From an uncultured Gemmatimonadales bacterium (lineage in GTDB: Bacteria; Gemmatimonadota; Gemmatimonadetes; Gemmatimonadales; GWC2-71-9), in NCBI GenBank assembly GCA_963842945.1, contig CAWJIM010000001.1, positions 96,001 to 160,000 of the forward strand: 64,000 nt of DNA, read 5' to 3'. The notes under the pieces are model-generated. The model had not been told where the DNA came from. It made no database searches and saw only the letters and a list, made by a program, of their open reading frames with translations. Below, in pieces: positions 58,345-64,000 of this stretch (positions within the stretch are counted from its first letter, which is position 1; every line of letters starts with the position of its first letter). The translations under genes and the position numbers were made by a program.

Positions 58345-60062
58345 TCAGATGCTCAGCGTGGACATGGCGGGCCGGCGGGCCAGCCAGATGAGGAACAGGG
58401 TGCGGGTGACGAAGATCGAGGTGATCATCGAGGCGACGATGCCCATGATCAGCGTGACCGCGAAGCCCTTCACCGGGCCGGTGCCGAACTGGAAGAGGAA
58501 CAGGGCGGTCAGCACCATGCAGACGTTGGAGTCCACGATGGCGTTCATCGCGTGGCGGAATCCCTCGTCCATCGCGAGGCGGACGGTCTTGCCGGCATCA
58601 GCTCCTCGCGGATTCGCTCGAAGATCAGCACGTTGTCGTCCACCGCGATGCCGATCGACAGGACGATGCCGGCGAGTCCCGGCAGCGTGAGCGTCGCCTC
58701 CACCATGGCCAACCCGCCCAGCGTGAACAGCAGGTAGAGCCCCAGCGCGATGACCGCGAGCACGCCGCTCAGCCGGTAGTACCCGATCATGATCAGGACC
58801 ACCAGCCCGGTGCCGACCAGGCCGGCGATGATCCCGTCGTGGATCGAGTCGCTCCCGAGGCTGGCGCCGACCTGGCGCTCTTCCACGATCTTGAGCGGAA
58901 TCGGCAGGGCGCCGGCCTTGAGCGTGAGGGCGAGGTCCTGCGCCTCCTGCAGCGTCCGGCCGCCCAGGGTGATCTGCCCGTTGCGCCCGATCCGGCTCTG
59001 AATCACCGGCGGGCGGCCCTGCACCCGGCCGTCGAGCACGATCGCCATGTAGTCGCCCACGTGCTTGCCGGTCTCCTCGCCGAACCGGCGGCCGCCGGCG
59101 CGATCGAGGGCGAAGGTGACGATCGGGCCGTTGGTGAGGGGGTCGAGCTGCGCCGCGGCGTCCTCGAGACTGCTGCCGGTGATGATCGGCCGGTCGTCCA
59201 GCACATAGAGGAAGCGCACCGACTCCACCCCGACGCTGGTGGGCTGCGAGCCCAGCGGAGCGCCACGCCGCGGGGAAGCTGCCGCGCGACCTGGGGCAGG
59301 TTGATCAGGCTGTCCACCCGGGGGAAGGCGGTCTCGGGCACCGTGAACTCACCGGGCGCGCCGCCCGCGGAGAGGGCTGGATCAGCCCGCTCAGCACCCG
59401 ACCGTCCCGGCGCCGGCGCGGTGTCGGCTTGGCCGCCGAGTCGGGCCGGCCCTTGGTCTTGGCCGCGGCGGCCTTCTTCCCGGTGTCGGCGGCCGTCCGC
59501 TTGGCGCTGTCGGCGGCGGCCTTCTTGGCCGTGTCGCCGCCCAGGAGCTGCTCCACCGCCGACGGCTTGCCGGCGGCGGTGTCGGTGCCCTTGACCCCCA
59601 TGCTCCTCAGGGTGCGGTCCATCGCGGGCAGCGCCTTGTCCAGCGCCTTGGTCTCGTCGGTGATGCGGAACTCGAGAAACGCGCTCCGCTGCACGATGGC
59701 CTTGGCCCGGGCGGGCTCGGTGATGCCGGCCAGCTCGACCACGATCCGGGAGTCGCCCACCTTCTGGATCAGCGGCTCGGTGACGCCGAATTCGTCGATG
59801 CGCTTCCGCAGCACGGTGAGCGCGAGGTCGAGGTCGCGCTTGGGATCGGCCGAGACCTGCTTCGATTGGTCGAGCTCGAGGGCGAGATGCATCCCACCCT
59901 GCAGGTCCAGCCCCAGCTTGAGCGGCACCTTGCGCTCGGTGGTCGGGCATCACGCCGCTGACGGGGTCGCGCTCCCGGACCGTGATCCGCCGGGGCACGA
60001 GGTAGAAGACGCTGAGGGCCACCAGGCCCACGATGATCAGGATGCGGGTGCGAATAGAACAT
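58345..60062 (-). CDS. secD: Protein translocase subunit SecD (frameshifted)
   Basis: [51 protein letters not shown]. Confidence 0.92.
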
Positions 60063-60076
60063 GCTCGAATCGACGC

Positions 60077-61051
60077 TCAGGCGTGAGAGACGCGGCTGGG
60101 TCCGGCCGGGCGGCGGCCAGCACGGCCTGCGCCCGGGTACGATCGCGCTGCAGCTGCTCCTTCAGAGCCTCCACCGACGGGAAGCGCTCCACGTCGCGGA
60201 GCCGTTCCACCCACTCGAGGCGGACCCACTCGCCGTACAGGTCGCCCTCGAACTCGAACAGGTGTGCCTCCAGGGTGCGGCGGCCGTCGGCGAAGGTCGG
60301 CTTCGGCCCCTGGTTCATCATCCCTCCCGCCCGTCCGCCCCGCCACTCGACCCGCCACGGCGTAGACGCCGTCGGGAGGCAGCAGCTTCTGCGGCGGCAC
60401 GTCGGCGAGATTGATCGTCGGGATCCCGAGAGTCCGGCCGCGCGCTCGCCCTCGCCACCGGCCCCACGACGCCGTACGGCCGGCCCAGCATAGCGCGCCG
60501 GCCGTGGAGAGGTCGCCGCCGGCCACCGCCCGGCGGATCCGCGAGCTGGAGACGTGCTGCCCGCGCATAGTCCACCGCCGGCACGACGTCCACCTCGAAC
60601 CCGTGGGACCGCTCCCCAACTGCCGCAGGGTCTCGACGTCGCCGCTCCGTCCCCGGCCGAAGCCATGGTCGTGCCCGATCACGAGCTCCCGCACGGCCGC
60701 CGCCGAGCAGGACCTCGCGGACGAAATCCTCCGGACTCAGGCCCGCCAGCTGCCGGTCGAACCGGAGGAAGTAGCGCGTAGTCCAGCGGCGACTGGGCCA
60801 GGATCTCGCGCCGCTCCGGGCCCGTCGTCAGGAGCGGCGGCGCCGCCCGGGGATTGACCACCTCGAGCGGATGGGGCTCGAAGGTCACCAGCACGCTGGC
60901 CCGTCCCGCGCGCGGGCCCGCCGTCCGATCTCCCGCAGCACCGCCTGGTGGCCCAGGTGCACCCCGTCGAACGAGCCCACGGTCACGGTGGTCCCGTTGG
61001 GGAAGGGCGGAAGCGGGGAGGCGGGGGGAAGCGAGAGGTTCGAGGGGTCAC
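60077..61051 (-). CDS. ribF: Riboflavin kinase / FAD synthetase (many frameshifts; ends approximate)
   Basis: GSFDGVHLGH, TFEPHP, GHDHGFG, SSSRIR, LGIPTIN, DGVYA, LEAHL. Confidence 0.9.
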
Positions 61052-61915
61052 CCGGTCTCCAGCACAACCGTCGGCCTGAGCCTGCCGTCTTCGGCCCTGG
61101 CCACACCCACGGACTCACCGCTGTGCAGCAACGCCACTGCTTCCCCGCTTCCCCGCTCTCCTACTTCCCCGCTGTCCCTCACCGCCCGTCCATGAGCCAC
61201 CGCTTTGCGCGCGGTCTCGTCCAGATCTACGCTGGGCAGATCCCGAAGCACCGATTGCGGGCTGAGCAGCGCAGCCGGGCCGAGCTGTTCCAGCGGCACC
61301 GCGTCTTCGACCACAAGGGAGCCGATGGCCTCGCGCCGGAGTGCAGTCAGGTGGGCGCCGACCCCAAGCTGATTCCCCAGATCGCGGGCGAGGGCGCGAA
61401 CATATGTGCCGGGGACTGACGACGGCGCGGAAGCACAGATCGGGTGGACGATAGTCCACCAGCTCGATGTCATGTACCGTGACCGGGACTTCCGCCAGCT
61501 CCATCAGCTCACCGCGCCGGGCCTTCCGGTAGCTCCGCTCCCCGGCGACCCGCTTGGCCGAGAAGGCGGGAGGACGCTGGGGGTGCTGCCCGAGGAACGT
61601 CGCCAGCTCTTCTCGCAGCCGCACCTCAGGAACCGATTCTGGGTTGGGGAAGCGGGCCATGACACTGCCCGTGAGATCATCGGTCGTGGTCTGCGTTCCG
61701 AGACGCGCAGTGGCCAGGTACCGCTTAGGCTGGCCCTCCACGAACCGGGCCAGACGGGTGGCACGTCCGACGAGCACCACGAGAAGACCACTGGCGAACG
61801 GATCGAGGGTACCGGTGTGGCCTGCCGCTCGGGTCTTCAGCACTCGCCGCACCCGATGCACCACGTCGTGGGAGGTCGGCCCGACCGGTTTGTCCACCAG
61901 AACCGCTCCGATCAG
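61048..61915 (-). CDS. truB: tRNA pseudouridine(55) synthase (frameshift near 61410; CTG start proposed)
   Basis: DKPVGPTSHD, GHTGTLDPFASG, PPAFSAK, GTYVRALARD. Confidence 0.92.
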
Positions 61916-62271
61916 TCCGGATCCTCCTGCCGAATCGTGTTCAACAGCTCGTTGATCCGGGCGGCGTGCTCCAGACCGCGGTCGAGCTCGAAGTGCAGCT
62001 CGGGTACCGTACGCGTCGTCAGTGCACGGGCCGCCCGTGATCTGAGGAAGCCGGCGGCGCTCTGCAATCCTTCGAGCGCCCGCGCCTTTTCGGTCTCCTC
62101 ACCGGGTACGCTGACCATGACCCGGGCGTGGGACAGATCATTGGTCACCAACACGCCGGTGATGGTGACGAAGCCGACCCGGGGATCCCGGACTTCGCGG
62201 GTCAACCCGTCGGTGATCACCTGTCTCAGCGTTTCGGCCATCTGCTCCGGCCGACGGGACGAGCCCTTCAT
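61912..62271 (-). CDS. rbfA: Ribosome-binding factor A
   Basis: VRDPRVGFVTIT, DLSHARV, VPELHFELD. Confidence 0.93.
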   Translation of the reverse strand: MKGSSRRPEQMAETLRQVITDGLTREVRDPRVGFVTITGVLVTNDLSHARVMVSVPGEETEKARALEGLQSAAGFLRSRAARALTTRTVPELHFELDRGLEHAARINELLNTIRQEDPD

Positions 62272-62549
62272 CGGTACACCGTCACGGTATCGACAATGCG
62301 CACGCCATCGGCTTCCTCCACCATCCGATCGGCCGCGCGCAAGGTCTCGTCCACGACTGTCCGGGCACTTCCGACGGCGGCACAGGCGATTTCCGCCCGC
62401 TGCCACAGATCCTGGTGTCCGGTTTCCGCCACCGACAGGTTGAGACTCCGGCGGAGACCGGCAGTCAGCGGCTTCAGCACCCCCCGCTTCTCCTTCAGGG
62501 AATGGCAGGCGGGTAGGTGAAGCTCCCAGGTGGTAATGGCGACAATCAG
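62268..62549 (-). CDS. DUF503 (YlxP) family protein (CTG start proposed)
   Basis: HSLKEKRGVL, SVAETGHQDLWQRA; position between infB and rbfA. Confidence 0.88.
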   Translation of the reverse strand: MIVAITTWELHLPACHSLKEKRGVLKPLTAGLRRSLNLSVAETGHQDLWQRAEIACAAVGSARTVVDETLRAADRMVEEADGVRIVDTVTVYR

Positions 62550-64000
62550 CTCCGAGCTCCTAGCTCACCCGCAGCCGGTTGCAGCGTCCGCTTGATCTCT
62601 TCCATCCGGAACGACTCGATCCGGTCGCCCACTTTGAGATCGTTGAAGTTCTCGATCCCGATACCGCACTCGAGACCTTCCCGGACCTCTCGCACATCGT
62701 CCTTGAAGCGTTTGAGGCTGGAGAGCGAGCCGGTATACACCGTGGTGCCGTCGCGGGTAATCCGGGCCTTGGCGGTCCGTTGAATGGTTCCGCTGCGCAC
62801 AATGCACCCGGCGATGGTGCCGACCTTGCTCACCTTGAAGAGCTGGAGCACCTCGGCCTCCCCCAGCACGGTTTCCCGCTCCTCCGGCTTGAGCAGGCCT
62901 TCGAGCGCGTTCCGAACATCCTCGACCGCTTCGTAGATGATGCGATAGGTGCGCACGTCTACCTGCTCCCGTTCGGCTGCAGTCCGGGCGTTGCTGTCGG
63001 GTCGCACGTGGAAGCCCAGGACGATCGCCCCTGAGGCCTTGGCCAGCAGAATATCGCTTTCGGTGATGGCCCCCACGCCCCGGTGCACCACGTCCACCCG
63101 CACCTCGCTGGTGCTCAGTTGGGCCAGCGCGTCGGCCAGAGCTTCGGCCGGCCCACCTTGGTCCGCCTTGATGATGATCCGGAGAGTGGAGACTTCGCCT
63201 TCCTTGAGGGCGCGGCTGAAGTCTTCCAGGGACGTCCCCTTGGCGCTCCTGCGGTTCTGGGCTTCTCGCTCCAGCCGCTGGCGCTTCTGGGCGATGTCGC
63301 GCGCCTCGTTGGCGTCGGTGACCACGGCGAAGATGTCTCCAGCCGCCGGCACCCCCTCGAACCCGAGAATCTGAACCGGTATGGAGGGTCCGGCAGCCTT
63401 CACCGCTTTCCCCCGTTCGTCGTACAGTGCGCGAATGCGGCCGGAGAACTTGCCGCAGATGAAGTTGTCACCGCCGCCAGAGTGCCTCGCTGAATCAGTA
63501 TGGTCGCCAGCGGACCCTTCCCGGGATCCAGGGTAGCCTCGAGCACGACACCGTGTCCCTTGCCGCTCGGATTGGCCTTGAGGTCCAGGATCTCGGCCTG
63601 AAGCAGGATCTGCTCCAGGAGATGGTCGATCCCTGTGCCCTTCTTGGCCGAGATTTCGGCGGAGAGCACGGTGCCGCCGTACTCCTCGAGCACCACGTTG
63701 TGCTGCAGCAGGTCCTGTTTGACTTTGGGCACATTGGCCGTGGGGAGATCGACCTTATTGATGGCTACGATCATCGGCACGCCGGCGTTGCGCGCGTGGC
63801 TGATGGCCTCGACGGTCTGCGGCATGACCTGGTCGTCGGCCGCAACCACCAGTACCACGATGTCCGTGACCTGAGCCCCGCGGGCTCGCATGGCGGTGAA
63901 GGCCTGGTGACCAGGCGTATCCAGGAAGGTGATCCTCTTGTCGCCGGGCAGCTCGACGTGGTAGGCGCCGATGTGCTGGGTAATGCCGCCCGCCTCGCCG
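62546..64000 (-). CDS. infB: Translation initiation factor IF-2, C-terminal part (frameshift near 63470)
   Basis: [37 protein letters not shown]. Confidence 0.96.

Overview
GC-rich bacterial chromosome segment, most consistent with Gemmatimonadota (inferred from gene content and order: lpxC-fabZ fusion, mcsA-mcsB-clpC beside bamA, bshC; not confirmed by a search). Almost everything is on the minus strand. Reading in the direction of transcription: infB-ylxP-rbfA-truB-ribF-secD-secF-tatD-fhs-ridA-selC, murI, a HEAT/cyclophilin, an Omp85-type protein, lptE, a CPA2 antiporter, rfaE2-rph-rdgB, tRNA-Pro, tRNA-Arg, two tandem CPA2 antiporters, a complete 16S-23S-5S operon with no ITS tRNA, an orphan secreted HExxH protein, an OmpA-family gene, a GT4, era, trm112, a Clp-N/Ca2+:H+ exchanger region, GGDEF and zinc-ribbon genes, prfB-lysS-lolC/E-lolD-mcsA-mcsB-clpC-bamA-skp, the lipid A cluster, gdhA, rlmH, a methyltransferase and bshC. 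Many essential genes carry single-base frameshifts, which points to uncorrected long-read indels rather than pseudogenes, so boundaries of those genes are approximate. I saw no integrase, transposase, prophage or CRISPR array. The best leads are an apparent Clp N-domain::Ca2+/H+ exchanger fusion, two SD-supported CUG starts in the infB operon, a hidden HExxH secreted protein after the rrn terminator, a bshC-coupled methyltransferase, GnnA-like and LpxJ-like lipid A genes, and dispersed 7/8-nt repeat hairpins.
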